Counted from the stretch's first letter, positions 47,410 to 56,389 are shown. The stretch: DNA of 64,000 nucleotides from an uncultured Anaerolineaceae bacterium (GCA_964524425.1 CAZGDA010000001.1:834-64833); one strand, 5' to 3'. Numbers and translations are program-made. The notes: generated from the sequence alone by a model not told the origin.

Positions 47410-49200
47410 TTTGTATTCGACCGTGCTGCCAGATTCGCCGTCCAATGTGGCGTCTATGCCGCCGACGTGAATTTCGTCCACGGTCGAATCTGAAGCAGTA
47501 TCGCGGATGAGCTTTTCGAAGCGCATTCGACAGCGAGTCCCCAGGCGGATTTCATCTCCGCTCTTTATTTCCACCGGCACGCCTTCTACCTTGCTCTCAT
47601 TGATGAAAGTGCCGTAGGTTGGGCGTTTAGGAGTGCGGTTGGCGTCCTGAGAGACAATTTCTGCCAGAAAAACACGGCTGCCGGATAGCTCTAACATGGC
47701 GTGTTCGCGCGATACGGCTTTATCCCCAGGCATAACGATGTCGTTTTCAGAACTGCGCCCGATGGTTGTGCGTCCGGCATTGACGATCAACACTTTTCCA
47801 ATCATAGCTGGGTCGTCGCTCGCCAGGACGGTCAGCGTACCCACTTGCTGAGCGCCGTCACCGGCTTTGCTGCCGGGAACGCCGACGGGCGCCATACCGT
47901 CCACGGTTGCTTCAGCGCTGCCTGCCGGGTGAGGCGCAGCAGAAGGAGTGGGTGGGCGTCCTACGCCCTTGGCTTTCTTCTTCCCTCCCGCTGCCACGCG
48001 TTTGATGACGGATACGATAATAATCAACAATACAATGACACCAACGATAACTCCAATACCCGCCAGCATCCAGGGGTTCATCCCTTCCAGCATAGAAGGT
48101 TCTTCGGTGGGTATGCTGATAGGCAGGGTGGGTATGGCAGCCGCCACGGTAGGCAGTGTAATTTCAGCCGGGAGGGTGGGTAAAACTGCTTCTTGAGCCG
48201 GTTCGGCTGCTGCTATAGTGGGAGGCGGTTCTTCCACCGCTGCGCTGCCTTGAACGAATTCCATCGTGCGAGTATCTTCGTCTTTGGCGCTCTTGCGGTC
48301 CACTTCTATGACCAGGGTGTGTGTGCCCACTCCGTTTGGCGAGGTGTAGGTAATGATGTATTCGTTTTGGAACTGATTGGACAGGTCATTTAGGGCGTCT
48401 TTTATGTCGCCAGAGTTTTCTGAGAGTTTGTAACGACCACCGGTTTTTTCCGCCATGCGTTTCAAAGCTTTTTCGTCGGCGCTTTTGGTAATGCCAATGG
48501 TGTAAATAGGTACGCGCGTGTTCCAGGCGGTGGCTAGGTCAATAACGTCATCGTCGGTGTGAGAACTGCATTCTTTGCTGCTCTTGTACTGTTTGTCCTC
48601 GCCATCTGTCATCACAATCACCGCGCGCCGACCGGCGGGCTGCTTGGCAATTTGTTTGACGGCTTCATAGGCAGCGTCGTACAGGCAGTTCCCGGCTTCG
48701 GATACGCTTTTGATCTTTTTTAGTCTGTCTTCCACGTCATCGTGTTCGGTGGTTATGTCCTCTTCGGTCTTGATTTCTTCGTGAAAAGAAATTACACCCA
48801 CAGCGTCGTCGCGTTCCAGGTTTTTCACAAAATCAATCGCAGCTTCGCGCTCATCCGCCACGCGAACGCTGTTTCCGCTGATGTCAATGGCGAGGACGAT
48901 GTTGAGCGGTTCAGTCGTTACCTGTTTCAATTCGTCTATGGTCATTTGCACGCCATCTTCCGTAATGGTCAGATCCCCTTTTTCAATACCTTTGACCAAC
49001 TTCTTGTCCTGATCCAATACTGAGAAATAGGCGTCAACTCCATATCCCCCGCTTTTGACCTGCGTGGATATGTAGTGAATCACCAGATCGTATGACGTTT
49101 TGGCTAACGAGATGACAGGAAAAGCAAAAATCGCTGTCAGAACCAGAGCCCAGCAAACGATTCGCAGCAGTGTGTTAGAATGGGTTTCTCTCCTGAGCAT
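47404..49200 (-). CDS. Transmembrane vWA-FHA protein (extracytoplasmic von Willebrand A domain, one TM helix, cytoplasmic FHA domain)
   Basis: ATG 49200 (MLRRETH) after an AAGGAGGA SD; signal/anchor; vWA region NIVLAIDISGNS...VIVMTDGED; TM MLAGIGVIVGVIVLLIIIVSVI; C-terminal FHA pattern GRSSENDIVM...VSREHAML...NGT/FINE. Confidence 0.75.
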   Translation of the reverse strand: MLRRETHSNTLLRIVCWALVLTAIFAFPVISLAKTSYDLVIHYISTQVKSGGYGVDAYFSVLDQDKKLVKGIEKGDLTITEDGVQMTIDELKQVTTEPLNIVLAIDISGNSVRVADEREAAIDFVKNLERDDAVGVISFHEEIKTEEDITTEHDDVEDRLKKIKSVSEAGNCLYDAAYEAVKQIAKQPAGRRAVIVMTDGEDKQYKSSKECSSHTDDDVIDLATAWNTRVPIYTIGITKSADEKALKRMAEKTGGRYKLSENSGDIKDALNDLSNQFQNEYIITYTSPNGVGTHTLVIEVDRKSAKDEDTRTMEFVQGSAAVEEPPPTIAAAEPAQEAVLPTLPAEITLPTVAAAIPTLPISIPTEEPSMLEGMNPWMLAGIGVIVGVIVLLIIIVSVIKRVAAGGKKKAKGVGRPPTPSAAPHPAGSAEATVDGMAPVGVPGSKAGDGAQQVGTLTVLASDDPAMIGKVLIVNAGRTTIGRSSENDIVMPGDKAVSREHAMLELSGSRVFLAEIVSQDANRTPKRPTYGTFINESKVEGVPVEIKSGDEIRLGTRCRMRFEKLIRDTASDSTVDEIHVGGIDATLDGESGSTVEYKL

Positions 49201-49256
49201 GTTGTCTTCCTCCTTATGAACAATAAACCGGAACAATAATCGAGCTTCACGCAAAG

Positions 49257-49556
49257 TTAAAAAGCCTTGTCGCGTTCTTGACCGTTAATGTGAGGTGGTT
49301 TTTCGTCCTCTTCATCGGCGAAGATAGAGTCGAAGAAATCGTCCTCAAATTCATCTTCATCCTCATCGTCCATATCGCTCTCAAAGTCATCGTATTCGTC
49401 TTCCTCGTCCCACCAATCTAATTCAATTGGGTCCAGCCAGATGATTTTAAGTGATGCATCACATACGGGACAATCCAGGCGAAGTCCGATTTGAGGCGTG
49501 ATTCCAACTTCGATCTCCGCATCACACGAAGGACAGACTGCTGTCATCCCGAACAT
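49257..49556 (-). CDS. LysW-like zinc-ribbon protein with long polyacidic C-terminal tail
   Basis: ATG 49556 (MFGMTAV) after a GGAGG SD; CPSCDAEIEV...LDCPVCDASLKIIWLDPIELD has LysW-type spacing; 27 of the last 51 residues are Asp/Glu. Confidence 0.6.
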   Translation of the reverse strand: MFGMTAVCPSCDAEIEVGITPQIGLRLDCPVCDASLKIIWLDPIELDWWDEEDEYDDFESDMDDEDEDEFEDDFFDSIFADEEDEKPPHINGQERDKAF

Positions 49557-49734
49557 CGTTACCTCCTCTCGTCGGATAACCGATACGAGGTTTTCCTGCA
49601 AACACATCACAAGCATCGCAACGAGTATAACGAGAATTAGCGCATCTCATGCGTAATTCTAGTATAAAACAATTAAGGAAATGCCGTCAAGTATCGGTTT
49701 ACGACTGCGGATTTGGCAGAAGTTCGTTTCAGGT

Positions 49735-50913
49735 TTAATCTTCAGCGAAGGCGCGCAGGTCTTCGGCGCGACACCACACCTTGACCAGGTCGCCGTTTTT
49801 AAATGCACTGGTCTCATCTGGGGCAGCCAGCGGTGTGCTGATATTGCGTAATTGCACAGACAGCGTCTCTCCACTGTCAAGTTGCACTTTATAGCGCGTG
49901 TCGGTACCAATGTAAACGGAAGCGCTCACCAACCCGGTGAAGGACAAATGACCGTTGGCAGTTTCGGTAAAAACGTTGTTTACCGGAGTACGCTGCATTT
50001 TGAATTTCTCGGGGCGTATCGTTAGCGTGATTTTTTCCCTGTGCAGCAGCAGCTCTTCCAGATGAGAAATACCGCTGCGTTTTAAATCCACGCGTGTACC
50101 ACCAACCAGAAGGGAAACCTGCCCATTGTGCACTTCACCCAACCTGGCGGCGAGGAAGTTGGTCTCTCCGATGAACTCGGCGACAAAACGCGTGGCTGGG
50201 TTTTCGTAAATGTGGATGGGGGAATCAACTTGCAATACTCTGCCTTGTTCCATCACCGCGATGCGGTCGGACATGGTTAACGCCTCTTCCTGATCGTGCG
50301 TAACGTAAATAAAGGTGATGCCAACTTGAGCTTGAAGCTGTTTGAGTTCTAGCTGCATTTGCTTGCGCAATTTGAGGTCCAGCGCGCCGAGTGGTTCATC
50401 CAGCAACAAAACGGACGGGCGGTTGACCAGGGCGCGCGCCAGCGCCACGCGTTGCTGCTGTCCACCGGAAAGTTGGGACGGTTTGCGCTTTTCCATCCCT
50501 TGCAGGCGCACCAAAGCCAGCGCCTGGCGGGTACGTTCTTCTTTCTCATGGGCGGGGACGTGCTTGATCGTCAAGCCAAAGGCGACGTTTTGCTCCACCG
50601 ATAAATGGGGGAACAAGGCGTAGTTTTGGAACACGGTGTTTACCGGGCGGTGATAGGGCGGCACGTGGTTCATCGCTTTGCCCTGGATGTAGACGACGCC
50701 GCTGCTTGGCTCTTCAAAGCCGGCAATCAGGCGCAAGGTGGTTGTCTTTCCGCAGCCGCTGGGACCCAACAAGGTGAAAAACTCTCCCGCCTTGATGCTG
50801 AGGTTGATCTCTTGTACGGCGGCAACTTCTTCGGCGTAGTTTTGCGCCTGCTCTTTAGCGGTGTGGTTGAACACTTTGCTAACCTGAACGAGTTCAACAG
50901 AGGTATCGCTCAT
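49735..50913 (-). CDS. potA: Spermidine/putrescine-type ABC importer ATPase
   Basis: [42 protein letters not shown]; C-terminal TOBE-like domain; start taken at ATG 50913 (MSDTSV). Confidence 0.8.
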   Translation of the reverse strand: MSDTSVELVQVSKVFNHTAKEQAQNYAEEVAAVQEINLSIKAGEFFTLLGPSGCGKTTTLRLIAGFEEPSSGVVYIQGKAMNHVPPYHRPVNTVFQNYALFPHLSVEQNVAFGLTIKHVPAHEKEERTRQALALVRLQGMEKRKPSQLSGGQQQRVALARALVNRPSVLLLDEPLGALDLKLRKQMQLELKQLQAQVGITFIYVTHDQEEALTMSDRIAVMEQGRVLQVDSPIHIYENPATRFVAEFIGETNFLAARLGEVHNGQVSLLVGGTRVDLKRSGISHLEELLLHREKITLTIRPEKFKMQRTPVNNVFTETANGHLSFTGLVSASVYIGTDTRYKVQLDSGETLSVQLRNISTPLAAPDETSAFKNGDLVKVWCRAEDLRAFAED

Positions 50914-51713
50914 TTTCCATCCTTCTTTGCGGCTTGTCCAAGCCGCCGCATCCATTCAGATAATATCATAAGGACAAGAGATATACAAACAATAATCGCA
51001 GCCAGGGTGATGATCAACGGCAGGCGGCTGGGAAAACGTAATTGGGAATACAGATAAATTGGCAGCGTGTTTTGCGTGCCAGTCAGAAAGAAAGACAGGG
51101 CAAACTCATCAAACGAGGTGGTGAAAGAAGACAAAAAAGCTGCCATGATTGCCGGTGCGCTGATGGGCAGGGTAACGCGCATTAACGTAGACCAATAGGT
51201 CGCGCCCAGGTCCATGGCGGCTTCTTCCAGGTTGGCTTCAAAACCTGCCAGGCGTGCGGCTACAATCAGCATTACGTAAGGGATGTTGATGACGACGTGT
51301 CCGGCGCCAACCGTCCACAGGCTGAGTGGAATCCCCGCCTGGTGAAATAACATCAACAGTGCCACACTGAGTACAACGTAAGGGATCACCAGGGGCATGG
51401 ACGCCACGGTGGTAAAAAGGCTACGCCCGGGAAAGCGGAAGCGCGTGATGGCTAAGGCTGCCATCGTGCCGAGCGCAGTGGCGATCAACGAGGAGAATAG
51501 CCCGACGATCAGACTGTTGCGCACGGCTTTGAGCAGTTCATCTGCCCCCAGCAGGGCGCGGTACCATTTCAACGTGAAGCCTTTCAGCGGTAAAACAAGC
51601 GTGGTCGAGTCGTTAAAAGAGAAAACGACCAGCAGCGCGATGGGCAGGTAAAGAAAAAATAACATCAGCAGGAAGTAAAAAAAATGAGGGGAGAACACGC
51701 GCCGCAGAGTCAT
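50910..51713 (-). CDS. potC: Polyamine-type ABC importer permease
   Basis: 267 aa, 6 TM; EAA loop LEEAAMDLGATYWSTLMRVTLP. Confidence 0.75.
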   Translation of the reverse strand: MTLRRVFSPHFFYFLLMLFFLYLPIALLVVFSFNDSTTLVLPLKGFTLKWYRALLGADELLKAVRNSLIVGLFSSLIATALGTMAALAITRFRFPGRSLFTTVASMPLVIPYVVLSVALLMLFHQAGIPLSLWTVGAGHVVINIPYVMLIVAARLAGFEANLEEAAMDLGATYWSTLMRVTLPISAPAIMAAFLSSFTTSFDEFALSFFLTGTQNTLPIYLYSQLRFPSRLPLIITLAAIIVCISLVLMILSEWMRRLGQAAKKDGK

Positions 51714-52601
51714 TTATAACACCGAAGCGTCGCTGATGCGCACGAAACGCGAAAGCATGAAGGTAAAAACCAGCACCGCAGCCAACAGCGCCAGAGCTAA
51801 CACAGCTCCCATAGACCAGTTCAAGGCGCGCAAGAATTGATCCTGGATGAGGTTGCCGTACATCATTCCGTTCACACCTCCCACCATGGAAGGGGCTACC
51901 CATTCTCCCAGGGTGGGGATAAAAACGAAAAAGAAACTGGCTGCCACACCAGTCAGGCTTAAGGGCAAAGTTACGCGCAGGAAGGCTTGCCAGGGTTTAC
52001 AGCCCAGGTCTGCCGCGGCTTCCAAAAGGCGCGGATCAATTCGTTCTAACGCCGAAAAAATGGGCAAGGCAGCAAACGGAAGCCATTCGTATATCAAGGT
52101 GATCAATACCGCTGTGCGGCTGTAAAGGAAAAATGGTACGCCCTGCTCTACCAGACCGCTGGAAATGAGCAGGCTATTGACGACGCCGTTTGACCCCAGG
52201 ATTAGCTTCCAGGATAAAAGACGTAGCAGGTAACTCGTCCAGGCAGGTAAAATTAGCAGCGTGAGAAAAACGATGCGTAGCCTGCCGGCTTTGAAAGCCA
52301 GAAAATAAGCCAGAGGGTAAGCGAGCAAAACCGCCAGCAGGGCGCATTGCAATGCCAACAGCCCGGATTGCCAAAGCAGCCGCTGGTAGGTGGCGTGGCT
52401 GAGGAAATTTCGATAGTGTTCCAGCGTGAACGCCTCGCGTGCTGCTCCAAACGTTCCGGCGCGGAAACTGAACACAACCATCATGCCCAAGGGAATAAGA
52501 TAGAGCACCATCAGCCACAAAGCCGGGGGAGTGATCAGGATAAGTAAGCGGCTGCGTTTTTCCATCTGGTTATTTATGGGGCGGCTTTGACTTCGCTCCA
52601 C
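51714..52601 (-). CDS. potB: Polyamine-type ABC importer permease
   Basis: EAA loop LLEAAADLGCKPWQAFLRVTLP; alternative start ATG 52565 would remove the overlap with the upstream gene. Confidence 0.75.
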   Translation of the reverse strand: MERSQSRPINNQMEKRSRLLILITPPALWLMVLYLIPLGMMVVFSFRAGTFGAAREAFTLEHYRNFLSHATYQRLLWQSGLLALQCALLAVLLAYPLAYFLAFKAGRLRIVFLTLLILPAWTSYLLRLLSWKLILGSNGVVNSLLISSGLVEQGVPFFLYSRTAVLITLIYEWLPFAALPIFSALERIDPRLLEAAADLGCKPWQAFLRVTLPLSLTGVAASFFFVFIPTLGEWVAPSMVGGVNGMMYGNLIQDQFLRALNWSMGAVLALALLAAVLVFTFMLSRFVRISDASVL

Positions 52602-53728
52602 ATATCTGCAAAATGCTGGCGCTGCTGATCGGTGATGGGGCGGTAAAAAATGGTCGCGTCGAGAACGTCCGGTTTCTCCAATTCCAGCAGAGCGGAAGCC
52701 TCTGGGTTAATGAGAGGCACAGCTTTGAGGTTGGCAACGCCGTTGCCGAAGTCATTGGACATGTTTGCCAAAGATTGCGGCGCGATGAGAGCGTCTATAA
52801 AGCGATACGCCAGGTCGGTGTTCTGGCTGGCTGTGGAAATGGCGTACCCGCATACCCAGCCGAGACGCCCTTCTTTGGGCTTGATGTACTCAACAGGTAC
52901 TCCCTCGCGGTACAACGTCAGAAAAGCGTCGTTCCAGGCGTTAGCTGCCAGCCACACGTCACCGGAGGCTACCAACTGGTTGATTTGTGTGTAATCTGAC
53001 CAGTACGTGAGCAACCCCGGTTTGATAGAGACAAGCTTCTGCTGGATTTCTGCGTTCTGCTCGGGGGTTGTGTTCCAGGGATCAAGACCGAGGGCGAGGG
53101 CGGTAATGATGTGATTTTGTTCTCCGCCGTCAAAGAGAGAGACGTGCCCGGCGTATTGGGTATCCCATAAATCTGCCCACGAATCGGGCATCTCTTGCAC
53201 TTTGTCCTTGCGCACCAGGATAGACTCGTAGCCCCAGTCCCAGGGAACAAAATATTGTTTTCCGTTAAATTCGCCCAATTTCTGTAGCTTGGGGTATAAG
53301 TCATTCCAATTCGTCAGGCGGGTGGTGTCAATCTCCTGAACCAATCCGTTATCTACGTAGAGTTTCCAATATTCGTTGCAGGGGTGAATGACGTCGTAGG
53401 CGAAACCGCTCTGTGCCTTGGCGAAGGCTTCGGCGTCTTCGGCGAAGAAGCTGTATTCTACCTGCACGGCAGGATATTCCTGGGTAAACGGTTCGAAATA
53501 ATTGGGTGATTCGTAGCCCGACCAGCCAAAGACGGTCAACGTGCCGGTTTCCTGGGTTGCCGGGGTGTCTGTTGCAGCTGGTGCGGTTGTGGGAGCGGGA
53601 AGCCCTGCCTGGGTTTCAACGGTTGGTGTTAGCGGAGGAAGCGCTGTGGTTTGGCTGGTGCATGCAAACAAAAGGAGCACACCAGTGAGGAAGAGGGAGG
53701 TAAGAGAAACGTGCGTTGTAAGTTTCAT
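52574..53728 (-). CDS. potD: Polyamine-type extracellular solute-binding lipoprotein
   Basis: Lipobox LLLFACTSQ; Pro/Thr linker; PotD/PotF-like body (LTVFGWSGYE..., WDWGY..). Confidence 0.7.
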   Translation of the reverse strand: MKLTTHVSLTSLFLTGVLLLFACTSQTTALPPLTPTVETQAGLPAPTTAPAATDTPATQETGTLTVFGWSGYESPNYFEPFTQEYPAVQVEYSFFAEDAEAFAKAQSGFAYDVIHPCNEYWKLYVDNGLVQEIDTTRLTNWNDLYPKLQKLGEFNGKQYFVPWDWGYESILVRKDKVQEMPDSWADLWDTQYAGHVSLFDGGEQNHIITALALGLDPWNTTPEQNAEIQQKLVSIKPGLLTYWSDYTQINQLVASGDVWLAANAWNDAFLTLYREGVPVEYIKPKEGRLGWVCGYAISTASQNTDLAYRFIDALIAPQSLANMSNDFGNGVANLKAVPLINPEASALLELEKPDVLDATIFYRPITDQQRQHFADMWSEVKAAP

Positions 53729-53833
53729 GGTAACCCCTTTGTCAGGAGAAATGGTTCTTGAGCGGGCGGGACGAGGAAACCCTCCAACGCAGCTACCGTC
53801 CGCTCAAGAAAAGCATAAATAAAAAATGAGAGG

Positions 53834-54493
53834 CTACGTAGCAGCCACAGGTCTACGGCTGGAAGTGCCCTTTTTGCCGCTGACTATTTTGATCCCATAG
53901 ACAGTTTTCTTGCCACTGACGATTTTGATGTCGTAGTCTGTCTTGCGCCCAGCCATTTTACTGAAGCTCTTGCGCTTGCTGTAAAAGGCGTCAATGCGGC
54001 GTTGAATGTAAGGCATGAAATAGCCGTAATAACGGCGTTGTAATTCCGGGCGCATCCAGTCGTTGCCGGTTACGCGTCCACGGCAGGTCGGCGCGCCGCA
54101 ATTACATTCAAACTCATCGTAGGGCGTTGTATCGCTCATAGCGTAATCGAAACAAATTTCTTCGTCGGGAAAGATATCGCGCATGGCAACCAGACAGACC
54201 TGCCCGCTAAGCCCGGCATTAGGATTGCATGAATGGTTTACGTAATCGCCTGTGGTCAATCCACCGGGGGGCATGAGATACATTCCCTCTTCGATCTGGA
54301 CGCCGTGAGTAATCGTCTCAATAGATAGCTCACTCAAGGCACTCTCAGGTACCATTATGCCTCCCCAGGCGCATAACAACTCATTTTTCTTAACGGCTTC
54401 GCGTGCAAACACACCAAAGCCACCCTTTTCTGGGCATGGGCGCAGTTCCAGCTTAGGGGAAGTGTAATGAGGGGATGAAAGGTCAATGGTCAT
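53834..54493 (-). CDS. SET-domain protein (putative lysine methyltransferase) with basic repeat tail
   Basis: GFGVFA..., NHSCNPNAG, FDYAM and post-SET CNCGAPTCRG motifs; Lys/Arg-rich C-terminus. Confidence 0.8.
   Translation of the reverse strand: MTIDLSSPHYTSPKLELRPCPEKGGFGVFAREAVKKNELLCAWGGIMVPESALSELSIETITHGVQIEEGMYLMPPGGLTTGDYVNHSCNPNAGLSGQVCLVAMRDIFPDEEICFDYAMSDTTPYDEFECNCGAPTCRGRVTGNDWMRPELQRRYYGYFMPYIQRRIDAFYSKRKSFSKMAGRKTDYDIKIVSGKKTVYGIKIVSGKKGTSSRRPVAAT
53870..53941 (-). repeat. Tandem 36-nt (12-aa) duplication inside the SET gene tail
   Basis: 53870-53905 versus 53906-53941: 27/36 nt identical by my count; encodes TDYDIKIVSGKK / TVYGIKIVSGKK. Confidence 0.8.
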
Positions 54494-54997
54494 TCTTTAT
54501 CTCCTTTAGAACCAAAAATAATATTAACCACCCCACCCGAAAGTGACGTGAACAACCAACACTGGAAAAACCAGTTAAAAACAAACAGGATGTACCTGGT
54601 AAATCGGAAGCGAACCCGCTTTATCTTGTATATCCTGCCTATCCCGTGCCGGTCTAAGTTGTTAAGGCTGCTAACCTGTCCAAATAGCCTGAATGATTAT
54701 ACGTGGAAATTGTATAATATGTGTATTAATATATGTGTAAACGTGTATTAATATCGGTGAGATGTGTATTGTTTTATACTTTTAATTAAACAAAATATTA
54801 ACTTTCTACCTCTTTACTTTCGTGAACTATGGATTATAATTAATTCCGTAAATAATATAAATAGGCTGATTGGTCTCAAATGTAAGAGAAACCTGGTTTA
54901 TTGTTGTGTTTATCCATCATTGCGGATATATCAAGCCGGGTTTTTTATTTTAAAAAATTTTTAAAACGAAAAGGAGAGTGCACTAAATAGGAGAAAA
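54494..54997. promoter_or_regulatory. Very AT-rich divergent intergenic region (SET <-> kamA-like)
   Basis: 16/60 G+C at 54721-54780 and 13/60 at 54781-54840. TGTATAAT at 54711-54718 (+). GTGTATTAATAT direct repeat at 54721-54732 and 54743-54754. Hairpin AAACCTGG / CCGGGTTT plus a T-run at 54889-54950. AAGGAGAG SD before ATG 54998. Confidence 0.5.
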
Positions 54998-56326
54998 ATG
55001 TCAAATATACCGTTTCCTTCCAAACGTGCTTCAATTTACGCTGACGTTCCCGATGATAAATGGAACGACTGGAAATGGCAACTTAGTCATCGTTTAAATA
55101 CCATTGAAGAATTTGAGCAGATATTTCCTCTAACTGCAGAGGAACGCCGTGCTCTTTCTATGCCGGGTGTTTTTCGAGTGGATGTAACGCCGTACTTTGC
55201 GTCTCTGATTGATCCGCTTGCCCCGAATGATCCCATTCGTAAACAGGTGATTCCCACCACTGCGGAATTCTTGCTTTTTGATGGGATGATGGAAGACTCT
55301 TTGGCGGAAGACCGACATTCTCCTGTGCCTGGATTGGTGCATCGTTATCCTGATCGGGTATTAATGTTGCTTACCACGCAATGCGCTTCCTATTGCCGCT
55401 ATTGCACGCGCTCGCGCCTGGTGGGTAACCCTCTGGCTACTTTTACGCGCCGGGATTTTGACAAGCAATTTGATTATCTGGAACGCTCCCCGCAAGTGCG
55501 GGATGTGTTGCTTTCCGGTGGAGACCCGCTTACCCTGGCGCCGGCAATGCTGGATTACGTTTTAGACCGCCTCAGGCGTATCCCCCACATCGAAGTCATC
55601 CGGATTGGCAGCCGCGTGCCGGTTTTTCTGCCAATGCGTGTTAATGCCGACCTTATGGATATGCTTGAAAAGTATCACCCCTTGTGGATGAACATCCATG
55701 TAAATCATCCGAATGAAATAACAACCGAACTGGCGCAAGCCTGTGATAAACTGACTCGCGCCGGCATCCCGCTGGGAAATCAGTCCGTGCTTCTGGCGGG
55801 CGTGAATGACAATGTGCACGTTCAGCGCGAACTGGTGCATAAATTAGTACGCATGCGTGTGCGCCCGTACTACCTCTACCAGTGTGATCTGGTGGCAGGA
55901 GCGGGGCATTTTCGCACCTCAATTGCCAAAGGAATTGAAATCATGGAAGGGCTGCGCGGGCATACTTCTGGTTTTGCCGTGCCGCAATACGTGGTGGATG
56001 CCCCCGGCGGCGGCGGTAAGATTCCGCTCGCTCCAAACTACCTGCTCAGCATGGCGGATCACAAGGTCGTCTTGCGCAACTTTGAGGGATACATCACCAC
56101 GTATCAGGAGCCAACCGACTACGTTGGGTCTTCCGCGGCTGCAGCCCCAGCCCAATACACAGACGCCGACCAGGAAGGCATTCTGGCGCTGCTGGAAGGG
56201 GAGCATTTAGCCATCAAACCAGAAGGGTTCGATCAGGTGCACGACCGGGCGCGTACTGCCGCTGCAATGCCTGTCATGCGCCGGAAGGCGCTGGAACCCA
56301 TGTCCCGCAGGGGAGTGGGCACGTAG
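54998..56326 (+). CDS. kamA: Lysine 2,3-aminomutase family (KamA/AblA-type) radical SAM / PLP enzyme
   Basis: WNDWKWQL N-terminus; CASYCRYCTRS radical SAM cluster; VVDAPGGGGKIP PLP-lysine motif; 442 aa. Confidence 0.8.
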   Translation: MSNIPFPSKRASIYADVPDDKWNDWKWQLSHRLNTIEEFEQIFPLTAEERRALSMPGVFRVDVTPYFASLIDPLAPNDPIRKQVIPTTAEFLLFDGMMEDSLAEDRHSPVPGLVHRYPDRVLMLLTTQCASYCRYCTRSRLVGNPLATFTRRDFDKQFDYLERSPQVRDVLLSGGDPLTLAPAMLDYVLDRLRRIPHIEVIRIGSRVPVFLPMRVNADLMDMLEKYHPLWMNIHVNHPNEITTELAQACDKLTRAGIPLGNQSVLLAGVNDNVHVQRELVHKLVRMRVRPYYLYQCDLVAGAGHFRTSIAKGIEIMEGLRGHTSGFAVPQYVVDAPGGGGKIPLAPNYLLSMADHKVVLRNFEGYITTYQEPTDYVGSSAAAAPAQYTDADQEGILALLEGEHLAIKPEGFDQVHDRARTAAAMPVMRRKALEPMSRRGVGT

Positions 56327-56343
56327 GGTGGGGTAAAATCTGC

Positions 56344-56389
56344 AAACGGACTTCTGAACAGCGACGTTTTGGAAGTCCGTTTTTTCTTT
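56344..56389 (+). terminator. Intrinsic terminator of the kamA-like gene
   Basis: AAACGGACTTC (56344-56354) / GAAGTCCGTTT (56372-56382), followed by TTTTCTTT. Confidence 0.7.

Noticed and set aside
54548-54964. ORFs 54548-54751 and 54764-54964 in the AT-rich spacer
   Set aside because: Their amino-acid composition (Ile/Asn/Leu/Tyr/Lys) reflects AT-rich non-coding DNA. There is no SD, and one starts at a non-ATG codon. They were treated as non-coding regulatory sequence.
54494-54997. Lysine (L-box) riboswitch upstream of the kamA-like gene
   Set aside because: I could not find the conserved L-box core helices or sequence blocks by eye. The region is reported only as a possible unknown leader and needs an Infernal scan.
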